A DNA stretch of 64,000 bases from an uncultured Gammaproteobacteria bacterium (GTDB taxonomy: Bacteria > Pseudomonadota > Gammaproteobacteria > HyVt-429). Shown piece by piece: positions 19,860 through 28,995 of the stretch. The stretch's first letter is position 1, and each line of letters opens with the position of its first letter. Under the pieces are notes generated by a model. That model was not told the DNA's origin. It worked only from the letters and a program-made list of their open reading frames with translations, and did no database searches. The stretch covers positions 9,522 to 73,521 of the forward strand of contig CAMYOD010000037.1 of NCBI GenBank assembly GCA_947259975.1, in the 5' to 3' direction. Made by a program: the position numbers and the translations under genes.

Positions 19860-21215
19860 TCAAAGCACAATTGAGCATCGCATCTTATCGTTACTGGGCG
19901 TCTCTATACACGCGAACGATAGCGTGTGGGCTTTGGGATCCCAACTCAGGGCGGCGTTGGTGTAGGGATCTTTGATGGATGAAGTAGCTAGAAAGCCGGC
20001 GACTTCTCCGTCGCTAAGGTTCATTTTACGGATCGTGTATTTCGCCGCCAGCAGGCGGATGTAACCGTCCAGATTGTGGGCCCGGACGAAATAATCTGCC
20101 AATGCCGGCTGCGCGATACTCAGCAATATTTTCCCCGTGGGATTGTAGGCGTAGCGCCAGTACAGGAAACCCGGTTCCACGACACTCGTCCAACGCTGCT
20201 TGAACGCCGGTAGCGCTTGTTTAAGCTGGATAGCAGGCAGCGCGGCAAGTTTTTCGAGATCGCTATAAAACGCATAAGTCAGGTTGGCGGTGGCATTGAC
20301 CTTGAAGGTAAGAAGTTGTCCCCACATATCCAGCCTATTCCACCAACCTTCAGGCAGCGAGGCATCGGGAATGGCGGAATAATAGTTGTACAAAAACTCA
20401 AATTCATAACGCATCGCCCTGGATAGGTCGGTGTGTTCCCGGTCTAAAGGCTGTAGCAGTTTCAATGCGCGGTTGTAGAGCGTCTGGTCGAGTTTCGGTG
20501 TATTTAGAAGTTCGGCCAATAGATTCACATCGTGACTGATATATGCGGTGGCCACCATGCGTGCAATGAGGCTGCGCGACTGCGCCAGCACCATGCGCCA
20601 GAACTTCAGATCTTCGCCCAGGGTATCCAGGGCCTGGCTGTATTCCATATCCAGCGTGTTGAGCACGATACCGTGCAAGACCATATATCGGGCCTCGCTC
20701 GTGTTGCCAATCCAAATGGGCGTGTTGATTGCAGCGGGGGAGGTTTCGACGAAATGTGGGTAGCGAAGGAGATCGTGATAGCGTGATGTCATGGCACGAT
20801 TCCGGTCAATATAATCCCGCCATTGTTGTTCTTGTAACCTAGCCCGCGAAAAGCATTCCTGTTTTGCGTCAAACGCACAGGTTTCCGGTCTATCGCCCTG
20901 CGCCGCGAGCGGATCGGGGCCGATGATGCCGGATTCGTCGAAGACCCCGTCCTGACCCCAGGGGTCTGTTTGCAGTGACGCTCGGTGGGCCTGTTCGATC
21001 CGCAGGCCAATGTCATGGGGCGAGGCGTGTTGATTGGCATCGAAACCGAGGAATGCGAAGTAGGCATTGGTCTCCGGTGTCGGCGCCGCGAAGACCAGAA
21101 AGTCCGCGATCTCCGGGTTTAATGGCTCGTCCTTGAGGTTGATTAAGACCAGTGCGGCAAGCAGGACTAGAGCGATTCCGCCCAATCCGGCGATCATCTT
21201 AATAACCGTGCGCAT
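19860..21215 (-). CDS. Hypothetical membrane-anchored protein (about 451 aa)
   Basis: Strong SD AGGGAGG before ATG 21215; single N-terminal hydrophobic helix; no recognised motif; more AT-rich than its neighbours. Confidence 0.8.
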   Translation of the reverse strand: MRTVIKMIAGLGGIALVLLAALVLINLKDEPLNPEIADFLVFAAPTPETNAYFAFLGFDANQHASPHDIGLRIEQAHRASLQTDPWGQDGVFDESGIIGPDPLAAQGDRPETCAFDAKQECFSRARLQEQQWRDYIDRNRAMTSRYHDLLRYPHFVETSPAAINTPIWIGNTSEARYMVLHGIVLNTLDMEYSQALDTLGEDLKFWRMVLAQSRSLIARMVATAYISHDVNLLAELLNTPKLDQTLYNRALKLLQPLDREHTDLSRAMRYEFEFLYNYYSAIPDASLPEGWWNRLDMWGQLLTFKVNATANLTYAFYSDLEKLAALPAIQLKQALPAFKQRWTSVVEPGFLYWRYAYNPTGKILLSIAQPALADYFVRAHNLDGYIRLLAAKYTIRKMNLSDGEVAGFLATSSIKDPYTNAALSWDPKAHTLSFACIETPSNDKMRCSIVL

Positions 21216-21279
21216 CCCATTAACCTCCCTTTCGTTGATGCTACATTCTATCGGGGACATTGACGTGGTAAATGTCGAC

Positions 21280-21302
21280 TCGCGGGCAGAGGCCGCGCCT
21301 AC
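21280..21302 (-). repeat. GTAG-type REP-like palindrome (right copy)
   Basis: Minus strand GTAGG-CGCGGCC-TCT-GCCCGCG-A. Confidence 0.7.
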
Positions 21303-21304
21303 AA

Positions 21305-21360
21305 TCCCTCGTCCCTCGTCCCTCGTCCCTCGTCCCTCGTCCCTCGTCCCTCGTCCCTCG
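21305..21360 (+). repeat. Perfect heptamer tandem repeat (TCCCTCG)8
   Basis: Eight exact copies, 10 bp past the metG stop codon. Confidence 0.98.
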
Positions 21361-21370
21361 TAACTGATTC

Positions 21371-23449
21371 CTATTTGACGCGCATCCCCGGTTGCGCGCC
21401 GTCGTCCGGGTTGAGGATCCATAAATCTTCGCCACCCGGGCCGGCGGCGAGCACCATGCCTTCGGAAACGCCGAAGCGCATCTTGCGCGGCGCCAGGTTG
21501 GCGACCATTACGGTGAGGCGGCCCGGCAGGTCCTCCGGCGCGTAGGCCTGCTTGATACCGGCAAACACGGTACGTGGTTCGCCGTCCCCGATATCCAGTT
21601 CCAGGCGCAGCAGTTTGTCCGCACCCTCGACGGATTCGGCCTTTAGGATGCGGGCGATGCGCAGATCTACTTTGGCGAATTCTTCGATGCCAATGGTGTC
21701 GGCGATGGGTGCGACCGTGTGCTGTTGCGCTTCGCCGTGGCGCGCAGGAGAGGTCGCGGCGGCCTGTTCTTGTTCGCTGAGATTGTCGTCTACCATTTTT
21801 TCCACCTGCTTGAGGTCGATGCGTTTCGCCAGATGTTCATATTTTCCGATTGTGTGGTCGCCGAGTAAGACCTTGGCGTCCGTCCAGGTCAGCGGTGCGA
21901 TGTCGAGGAAGGTCTCCACCTTTTGCGCCAGTGCCGGCAGGATCGGCTTCAGATACACCGTAAGAATTCGGAACAGTTCGATGCTGGTGCTGCAGACCTG
22001 CTGCACGCGCTCGTTCTGATCCGGATCCTTGGCCAGTTCCCAGGGCTTGTATTCGTTGATGTATTCGTTGGCCCGGTCCGCGAGCGCCATGATCAGGCGC
22101 ACCGCCTCGCTGTATTGCCGCTGTTCGAAGTGTTCGGCGATGGTCTCCGACGCGTCCTGCAGGGCCGCGATGACCTCGCGATCGATGTCGCTCAGGCCGC
22201 GGCACAGGTGACCCGCGAAGCGCTTGCTCAAGAAGCCGGCGGCGCGGCTGGCGATGTTCACGTATTTGCCGACCAGGTTGCTGTTCACCCGCGCGACGAA
22301 GTCTTCCAGATTGAGATCGATGTCTTCCATGCTGCCGTTGAGCTTGGCGGCGTAGTAATAGCGCAGATACTCCGCGTCGAGATACCTGGCGAAGTGGGCG
22401 GCGGCGATGAATGTGCCCCGGGACTTGGACATCTTTTGGCCGTTCACCGTGAGAAAACCGTGCACGCAGAGCCGATCCGGGGTGCGATAGCCGGCGGCAT
22501 GCAGCGTCGCGGGCCAGAACAAGGCATGGAAGTAGAGGATGTCCTTGCCGATGAAGTGGTACAGCTCCGCGTCGGAATCCGTGTTCCAGTACGCATCAAA
22601 GTCCCGGCCGCTGGCATCGCAATAATGCTTGCAGCTAGCCATGTAACCCACCGGTGCGTCCAGCCAGACATAGAGATACTTGCCGGGCGCGTCGGGGATC
22701 TCGAAACCGAAGTAAGGCGCGTCGCGGGAAATATCCCAATCCCTTAAGCCCGCGGCAAACCACTCCTCGAGCTTGTTGGCCGCTTCCGCCTGTAACGGCG
22801 CGCCTTGTTCCGCGGTGTTATGTTTTCCGGTCAACCAGTCGCGCAGGAAGGCCTCGCAGCCACTCAGTTTGAAAAAGTGGTGTTCGGATTCCTTTTTTAC
22901 CGGCGTGGTGCCGGAGATGATGGACACCGGGTCGATAAGGTCCGTGGGCGAGTAGGTGGCGCCGCAGTTCTCACAGGAGTCGCCGTATTGATCCTGGGTA
23001 TGACAGCGGGGGCATTCACCCTTTATATACCGGTCCGGCAGGAACATCTCCTTGGCCGGGTCGTAGAACTGTTCGATAACGCGCTTGTCGATGAGTCCGG
23101 CGGCGTCCAGGCGCCGGTACATGTCCTGGCTGAGGACGCGGTTCTCCTCGGAGTTGGTCGAGTAGTAATTCTCGAAGGCGACGTGGAAGGCGTTGAAATC
23201 CGCCAGGTGTTCCGCGTGCATGCGTTCGATCAAGGCCTCGGGCGTGATGCCCTCCTGCTCGGCGCGCAGCATGACCGGTGTGCCGTGGGTGTCGTCGGCG
23301 CAGACATAGACGCAGTCATGCCCGCGCATCTTCTGAAAGCGCACCCAGATATCGGTCTGTATGTACTCCACCAGGTGGCCGATATGGATCGGGCCGTTGG
23401 CATAGGGCAGGGCGCTGGTAACCAGGACTTTTCGTTGTTGTGCGGTCAT
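21371..23449 (-). CDS. metG: Methionine--tRNA ligase with C-terminal tRNA-binding domain
   Basis: [11 protein letters not shown], zinc knuckle, KMSKS and C-terminal OB domain ([15 protein letters not shown]). Confidence 0.98.
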   Translation of the reverse strand: MTAQQRKVLVTSALPYANGPIHIGHLVEYIQTDIWVRFQKMRGHDCVYVCADDTHGTPVMLRAEQEGITPEALIERMHAEHLADFNAFHVAFENYYSTNSEENRVLSQDMYRRLDAAGLIDKRVIEQFYDPAKEMFLPDRYIKGECPRCHTQDQYGDSCENCGATYSPTDLIDPVSIISGTTPVKKESEHHFFKLSGCEAFLRDWLTGKHNTAEQGAPLQAEAANKLEEWFAAGLRDWDISRDAPYFGFEIPDAPGKYLYVWLDAPVGYMASCKHYCDASGRDFDAYWNTDSDAELYHFIGKDILYFHALFWPATLHAAGYRTPDRLCVHGFLTVNGQKMSKSRGTFIAAAHFARYLDAEYLRYYYAAKLNGSMEDIDLNLEDFVARVNSNLVGKYVNIASRAAGFLSKRFAGHLCRGLSDIDREVIAALQDASETIAEHFEQRQYSEAVRLIMALADRANEYINEYKPWELAKDPDQNERVQQVCSTSIELFRILTVYLKPILPALAQKVETFLDIAPLTWTDAKVLLGDHTIGKYEHLAKRIDLKQVEKMVDDNLSEQEQAAATSPARHGEAQQHTVAPIADTIGIEEFAKVDLRIARILKAESVEGADKLLRLELDIGDGEPRTVFAGIKQAYAPEDLPGRLTVMVANLAPRKMRFGVSEGMVLAAGPGGEDLWILNPDDGAQPGMRVK

Positions 23450-23696
23450 GCCTCTGGGGTTCTCAACGAAAAAGCGGCCGTGCCTGTGCCGGCGCGACCG
23501 CACCCTCGCGGGGCGCTAACCCTACCAGTTTTACCGGTTTCCGGCCAGCCGTGGTACGGGCTTGAAAAGCGCAGCGGGGGCACTCATATAGGGAGTGATC
23601 CAAATCCGACTTTTTTTGTCAACCTTCATGACATTTGGCCGGTGAGCGTGTAGCATTGCGCACCCTCAGCGAGGCCCGCGACGGAGAATTTTTGTA

Positions 23697-24788
23697 ATGT
23701 CTGGTGTTTCTGAAGCCCAAGTAGAAGCCGCACTGAAGGAGGTCATCGACCCCCATCTCGAGCAAGATCCGGTTTCGAGCAAGTGCGTGAAGAAGATCGA
23801 CGTGACCGACGGTAAGATCACGGTGGACGTAGCGCTCGGCTATCCCGCCGAGGGTTGGGTCGAAACCTTTGCCGCTCTACTCAAGGATAAGATTACCGCG
23901 CTCGACGGTGTGGCCGACGCGACCGTAAACGTCACCTGGAGTGTGTCGTCACATAGCGTGCAGAAAGGTGTACAGCCGATTGCCGGGGTCAAGAACATGA
24001 TCGCGGTGGCGTCCGGCAAGGGCGGTGTCGGCAAGTCCACGACCGCGGTCAATCTGGCGCTGGCCTTGTCCGCCGAAGGCGCCAGCGTCGGCATCCTCGA
24101 TGCCGACATCTATGGCCCCAGTCAACCGCGCATGCTCGGCATCAACACCAAGCCTGAATCGAAAGACGGCCGCACCATGGAGCCGGTGGTGAGTTATGAC
24201 CTGCAGTCCATGTCCATAGGTTATCTGGTGGACGAAGAGACGCCCATGATCTGGCGCGGCCCCATGGTGACCCAGGCGCTGGAGCAGTTGCTCAAGGACA
24301 CCAACTGGAACGATCTGGATTACTTGATTATCGATCTGCCGCCCGGTACCGGCGACACTCAGTTGACGTTGGCGCAGAAGGTGCCCGTGTCCGGCGCCGT
24401 CATCGTTACCACGCCGCAGGACATCGCCCTGCTGGATGCCCGCAAGGCTTACAAGATGTTCGAGAAGGTCGAAGTGCCGGTGCTCGGTGTCATCGAAAAC
24501 ATGAGTATTCATATTTGCAGCAAGTGCGGCAATGAGGAACACATCTTCGGCGAAGGCGGTGGAATGCGCATGGCGGAGCAGTACGACGTCAACTATCTGG
24601 GTGCGCTGCCGCTGGATATTCATATCCGCGAAGACACAGACGGTGGTAAGCCGACGGTGGTGGCGGACCCGGACGGCCGTGTTGCACAGATCTATCGGGA
24701 GATTGCGCGTCGTACCGCGGCCAAGCTGTCGCTGGAAGGCAGGGACTATTCGGCCAAGTTTCCGTCCATCGTCATCGAGAGCAATTGA
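23697..24788 (+). CDS. apbC: Iron-sulfur cluster carrier ApbC/Mrp
   Basis: SGKGGVGKST, DADIYGPS, DLPPGTGD and ENMS..C..C; divergent from metG. Confidence 0.96.
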   Translation: MSGVSEAQVEAALKEVIDPHLEQDPVSSKCVKKIDVTDGKITVDVALGYPAEGWVETFAALLKDKITALDGVADATVNVTWSVSSHSVQKGVQPIAGVKNMIAVASGKGGVGKSTTAVNLALALSAEGASVGILDADIYGPSQPRMLGINTKPESKDGRTMEPVVSYDLQSMSIGYLVDEETPMIWRGPMVTQALEQLLKDTNWNDLDYLIIDLPPGTGDTQLTLAQKVPVSGAVIVTTPQDIALLDARKAYKMFEKVEVPVLGVIENMSIHICSKCGNEEHIFGEGGGMRMAEQYDVNYLGALPLDIHIREDTDGGKPTVVADPDGRVAQIYREIARRTAAKLSLEGRDYSAKFPSIVIESN

Positions 24789-24854
24789 TCTGAGTAAAAC
24801 TTCGTTGCCCGGCACAGCGACCGCTGCGCCGGGCCGACCAAGACCAACCGATCT

Positions 24855-25421
24855 ATGACCATCAAGTCCGACAAATGGATTCGCGAGATGGCGCTCAAGC
24901 ACGGCATGATCGAGCCGTTCGAGCCCAATCAGATCAAACAAAACGATAGTGGGCGCGTCGTTTCCTACGGCACCTCCAGCTACGGTTACGATATTCGTTG
25001 CTCTGAAGAGTTCAAGATATTCACGAATATCAACTCCGCGGTTGTGGACCCGAAGAACTTCGATGCCGACAGCTTCGTGGATTTCCACGGCAAGGTCTGC
25101 ATCATCCCGCCCAACTCTTTCGCCCTGGCGCGCACAGTCGAGTACTTTCGTATCCCGCGTAACGTACTGACCATATGTCTCGGTAAGTCCACGTATGCAC
25201 GCTGCGGTATCATCGTCAATGTCACCCCCTTCGAACCGGAATGGGAGGGCTACGTCACCCTTGAGTTTTCGAATACGACTCCCTTGCCGGCGAAAATCTA
25301 CGCCAATGAGGGCGTCGCGCAGGTCATCTTCTTCGAAGCCGATGAAGAATGTGAGGTGTCTTATCGGGATCGGGGCGGCAAATACCAGGGTCAAAGCGGC
25401 GTCACCCTCCCCAAGACCTAG
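24855..25421 (+). CDS. dcd: dCTP deaminase
   Basis: [19 protein letters not shown] and [10 protein letters not shown] motifs. Confidence 0.97.
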   Translation: MTIKSDKWIREMALKHGMIEPFEPNQIKQNDSGRVVSYGTSSYGYDIRCSEEFKIFTNINSAVVDPKNFDADSFVDFHGKVCIIPPNSFALARTVEYFRIPRNVLTICLGKSTYARCGIIVNVTPFEPEWEGYVTLEFSNTTPLPAKIYANEGVAQVIFFEADEECEVSYRDRGGKYQGQSGVTLPKT

Positions 25422-25426
25422 CGGTC

Positions 25427-25735
25427 ATGCCCGATCCGCACACGACCCGCGAGTTTCTCGAGTGCATTGATCAGGTGTTGTTCGAGCTCGACGCGTTGCT
25501 CGAAAGCATCGGCTACGATGAAAAAGACGATTTCGAGCCGTTCACGCCAGTCTATGAGCGTCTAAAGAAAGAACTATTGCAGTTGCGCGAGGCCGTCGCG
25601 GCCGGTCGTCACGAGTTTGCAACCGGGAGAGACTTGCCGTTCATGCGCATCGTGCAGCGCTACGGTGATGTTATTCCGTTTCATCGCGCACTGCATAGCG
25701 TCAATGATGCACACTTGAGTGGGCTCATCGGTTGA
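25427..25735 (+). CDS. Small hypothetical helical protein
   Basis: 102-aa ORF 5 bp after dcd that fills the gap to aroC; protein-like composition (DLPFM motif). Confidence 0.7.
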   Translation: MPDPHTTREFLECIDQVLFELDALLESIGYDEKDDFEPFTPVYERLKKELLQLREAVAAGRHEFATGRDLPFMRIVQRYGDVIPFHRALHSVNDAHLSGLIG

Positions 25736-25775
25736 TCTGTCGCACGAAGTAGCGCACCGCAATCTGCGGCGGAGT

Positions 25776-25804
25776 TTGTCGAACCTCTCTTTAGCCGGTA
25801 CCAT
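25776..25804 (+). promoter_or_regulatory. Putative sigma70 promoter giving a leaderless aroC mRNA
   Basis: TTGTCG-N17-TACCAT-N6-ATG with no SD. Confidence 0.5.
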
Positions 25805-25810
25805 CGACCT

Positions 25811-26920
25811 ATGTCCGGCAATACCATCGGTAGGCTTTTCACGGTCACGTCTTTCGGCGAGAGTCATGGCGCGGCGCTCGGATGCGTGGTGGACGGCTGC
25901 CCGCCCGGGATGGCCTTGAGCGAAGACGATATTCAGCCGGATCTCGATCGGCGCAAGCCGGGCCAGTCGCGACATACCACCCAGCGTCGTGAAAGTGATC
26001 GTATTCAGATCCTGTCTGGCGTCTTCGAGGGTCGCACCACGGGCACGCCTATCGGCTTGCTGATTCAGAACGAGGATCAGCGTTCCCGCGACTACGGCAA
26101 GATTATGGACAAGTTCCGTCCGGGGCACGCCGACTATACCTACAGGCAAAAATACGGCATACGCGATTACCGCGGTGGCGGGCGTTCCTCCGCGCGGGAG
26201 ACGGCGCTGCGTGTTGCCGCCGGTGCCATTGCGAAGAAATACCTGCACGAGCGCTACGGCACGGTCGTGCGCGGCTACCTGAGTCAGCTCGGCCCGATTC
26301 ACGTCGAACAGTTCGATTGGAATGAAGTGGAGAGAAATCCATTTTTCTGTCCCGATGCCGCAAAGGTAGCCGAAATGGAGGCGTACATGGACGCCCTGCG
26401 CAAGGAGGGTGATTCCATTGGTGCGTGTATCGAAGTCGTAGCCGAAAATGTCCCGGTCGGCCTCGGTGAGCCGATTTTCGACCGCCTCGACGCGGCGATC
26501 GCCGGCGCTATGATGAGCATCAACGCCGTCAAGGGCGTGGAAATCGGCGCCGGTTTCGCCAGCGTTATGCAAAAGGGCACCGAGCACCGCGACGAGATCA
26601 CGCCCACTGGCTTTTTGAGCAACAATGCCGGCGGCATACTGGGGGGAATTTCCACCGGTCAGGACGTTCTCGTCAGCATCGCCCTGAAGCCCACCTCGAG
26701 TATTCGGCTACCCGGCAAGACAGTAGACGTGACGGGCCAGGCAACGGAGATCGAGACCACCGGTCGCCACGATCCCTGCGTCGGCATCCGTGCCACGCCA
26801 ATCGCCGAGGCCATGCTTGCCATCGTGCTGATGGATCATGCGCTGCGCCACCGGGGCCAGAATATGGGTGTGGAGTCGGGCACGCCTGTCGTGCCTGGTA
26901 GTGTAAGGGATACAGAGTGA
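25811..26920 (+). CDS. aroC: Chorismate synthase
   Basis: [23 protein letters not shown] and GRHDPCV motifs. Confidence 0.98.
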   Translation: MSGNTIGRLFTVTSFGESHGAALGCVVDGCPPGMALSEDDIQPDLDRRKPGQSRHTTQRRESDRIQILSGVFEGRTTGTPIGLLIQNEDQRSRDYGKIMDKFRPGHADYTYRQKYGIRDYRGGGRSSARETALRVAAGAIAKKYLHERYGTVVRGYLSQLGPIHVEQFDWNEVERNPFFCPDAAKVAEMEAYMDALRKEGDSIGACIEVVAENVPVGLGEPIFDRLDAAIAGAMMSINAVKGVEIGAGFASVMQKGTEHRDEITPTGFLSNNAGGILGGISTGQDVLVSIALKPTSSIRLPGKTVDVTGQATEIETTGRHDPCVGIRATPIAEAMLAIVLMDHALRHRGQNMGVESGTPVVPGSVRDTE

Positions 26921-26948
26921 TTCGGGCCTATGCCCGAGCGAGAAGGTC

Positions 26949-27042
26949 CAAGTTGCAAGTTGCAAGATACAAGTAAAGGCCCACTTGCGTAAAACAGGGA
27001 TGCCCGTTCGGCGCTCTTGCATCTTGTATCTTGAAACTTGTG
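26949..27042. repeat. Inverted pair of CAAGnnn heptamer arrays
   Basis: CAAGTTG CAAGTTG CAAGATA CAAGTAA (26949-26976) and TCTTGCA TCTTGTA TCTTGAA ACTTGTG (27015-27042). Confidence 0.8.
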
Positions 27043-27051
27043 CCTGATTCG

Positions 27052-28209
27052 ATGCCTTATTGGCGCCTCTCCAGCTTTTATTTCTTTTACTTCGCAACCC
27101 TGGGCGCGCTCATTCCCTATTGGGGGCCTTACCTCCGGTCCATTGGCTTTTCGCCGGCGGAAATCGGCAATCTGATAGCGATCATTCTCGGCACCAAGAT
27201 CGTGGCGCCGAATGTGTGGGGTTGGATTGCTGATCACAGTGGGCGCTGTATGGGTGTGGTACGGCTGGCCGCGCTTTTGACCGTCGTGACCTACAGCGGG
27301 GTATTTTTCGGCACATCATTCTGGTGGTTGGCCCTGGTAATGACGCTGTTCAGTTTTTTCTGGAACGCATCCTTACCGCAGCTGGAGGCGACCACCATGA
27401 ATTTCCTCGGCGATGAGACGCCGCGCTATGGTCGCGTCCGGCTGTGGGGTTCAATCGGGTTCATCGTCGTGGTCTGGTCGCTCGGCCCACTGCTGGATCG
27501 CCATGGCGAAGCCATGGTGCTGCCGATATTACTCGTGCTCATGGCGGGCATCTGGGTCGCGAGCCTGACGATCCCGGAACGCGCCTGCCGGCTGGGTCAC
27601 GAACAACACGCTTCCATCCTGACGCTGTTTCGCCAGCCCGCGATCCTGGCGTTCCTGCTCAGTTGTCTGCTCATGCAGGCCAGCCACGCGCCGTACTACG
27701 CGTTCTACTCGATCTTTCTCGCCGATCACGGTTACAGCAATACGTTTATCGGATTTCTCTGGGCTGTGGGCGTGATTTGCGAGGTCATCGTTTTCTTGAC
27801 CATGTCGCGCATTTTTTCGCGCCTCTCCCTGCGCACTGTCCTGCTTGGCAGCTTCCTGCTCGCGGCGCTGCGCTGGGTACTGATCGCGTATTTCGTGGAT
27901 TCCGTGCCGATACTCATTTTTGCGCAAGCCATGCACGCGGTCACCTTCGGCGCATATCATGCGACCGCCGTGCATATGGTGCATCGTTTTTTTACCGGGC
28001 GACACCAGCATCGCGGCCAGGCGATCTACAGCAGCATGAGCTTCGGCGTCGGCGGCGCGCTCGGCAGTTTCTATAGCGGCTACAGCTGGATGTGGTTTGG
28101 TGCCACGACGACGTACTTGGTGGCGGCGGTGATGGCGTTGCTGGCGTTCGCTTTGACCTATTCGCTGATCAGGCCGGCCGGGGCTGCCTTTTCCGGATCT
28201 ACCAGATAG
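27052..28209 (+). CDS. MFS transporter (MFS_1-like, HcaT/YfhS-like)
   Basis: About 12 TM segments; WGWIAD, YGRVRLWGSIGF and HAVTFG motifs. Confidence 0.88.
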   Translation: MPYWRLSSFYFFYFATLGALIPYWGPYLRSIGFSPAEIGNLIAIILGTKIVAPNVWGWIADHSGRCMGVVRLAALLTVVTYSGVFFGTSFWWLALVMTLFSFFWNASLPQLEATTMNFLGDETPRYGRVRLWGSIGFIVVVWSLGPLLDRHGEAMVLPILLVLMAGIWVASLTIPERACRLGHEQHASILTLFRQPAILAFLLSCLLMQASHAPYYAFYSIFLADHGYSNTFIGFLWAVGVICEVIVFLTMSRIFSRLSLRTVLLGSFLLAALRWVLIAYFVDSVPILIFAQAMHAVTFGAYHATAVHMVHRFFTGRHQHRGQAIYSSMSFGVGGALGSFYSGYSWMWFGATTTYLVAAVMALLAFALTYSLIRPAGAAFSGSTR

Positions 28210-28604
28210 ATCACCTCGGCACACGCCTTGGGTTTGGGCCCGGTACCCCGGCGCGGCGTCGAACGCTCAGCTGTTGCGCGGGCATTGCGGCTGCTGAAGT
28301 GTAATCGGCTATGCGTGTAGATGGCTTCGATAAGATGATACTCATCGAGATCTGTATGCGGCGAGGCAAGCATTTCTGCGCGGATGCAGGCAAGCGCATC
28401 CAGTGTTGCCCGGGATGTCACTGCGGCGTCCAGGTAGCCGCAGCGGTTGGCCTTATAGATTCGGCGCACGACGTTCTTGATTAACATCGGATGTACGCCG
28501 TCTGCGTCGATGAAATCACGAATCTCATGACAATTATGCCGCATCGGAATTTGGTGGTTGCCGATGCGATCTTCGAGATGCGCAATGAGTTGCCGAAAAG
28601 TCAT
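28158..28604 (-). CDS. Hypothetical protein divergent from rpfG
   Basis: Only ORF filling the gap (148 aa from ATG 28604); its 3' end overlaps the MFS gene by 52 bp. Confidence 0.55.
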   Translation of the reverse strand: MTFRQLIAHLEDRIGNHQIPMRHNCHEIRDFIDADGVHPMLIKNVVRRIYKANRCGYLDAAVTSRATLDALACIRAEMLASPHTDLDEYHLIEAIYTHSRLHFSSRNARATAERSTPRRGTGPKPKACAEVIYLVDPEKAAPAGLISE

Positions 28605-28898
28605 ACCTAAAAGCAAAACCTGGACGTCGAACTAATGATAGCATACCGGCCATCGGCACCTGCGTATGTTGAGCGGGAACGAATTTTTCGCGGCTAAACT
28701 TGGCAAAAGATGCAAATCAGTCGATAACGGAGCCGGGCCACGGCGGGCAAGCCGGGGGCGAAAAGATGTCGGCGACACTGACCGGCGACACCCCGGGGCT
28801 GCTTAGACAGTTCTTCCAGATTATTCTGTAAGCAGAGGACTTTATTGGATTTTTTCAATTTCGCCCACAACGCACGCTGACGGCGGCGGCGAATAAAA

Positions 28899-28946
28899 TG
28901 TGATTTCCGTCACTGAATTAGCGGATCGAGGCTGGTGTACTACAAT
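28899..28946 (+). promoter_or_regulatory. CRP/Clp-like box plus -10 element upstream of rpfG
   Basis: AAA-TGTGA-tttccg-TCACT (28899-28914) and TACAAT at 28941. Confidence 0.65.
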
Positions 28947-28995
28947 TTAAGGTTCCACCGCTCAGGTGGGCTCATCTCCGGGGGGATTTGCCAGC

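Noticed and set aside
21216..21422. N-terminal extension with GTRDEGR repeats on the 520-aa ORF
   Set aside because: A translation of the heptamer tract overlapping metG; the strong SD supports ATG 21215.
23949..25394. 481-aa ORF antisense to apbC-dcd, and similar long antisense ORFs over aroC, dnaJ, folC and ilvI
   Set aside because: They lie wholly opposite conserved genes and are expected in high-GC DNA.
28770..28791. 9-bp direct repeat CGGCGACAC x2 upstream of rpfG
   Set aside because: Short, GC-rich and plausible by chance; no second instance was noticed at the other rpf promoters.
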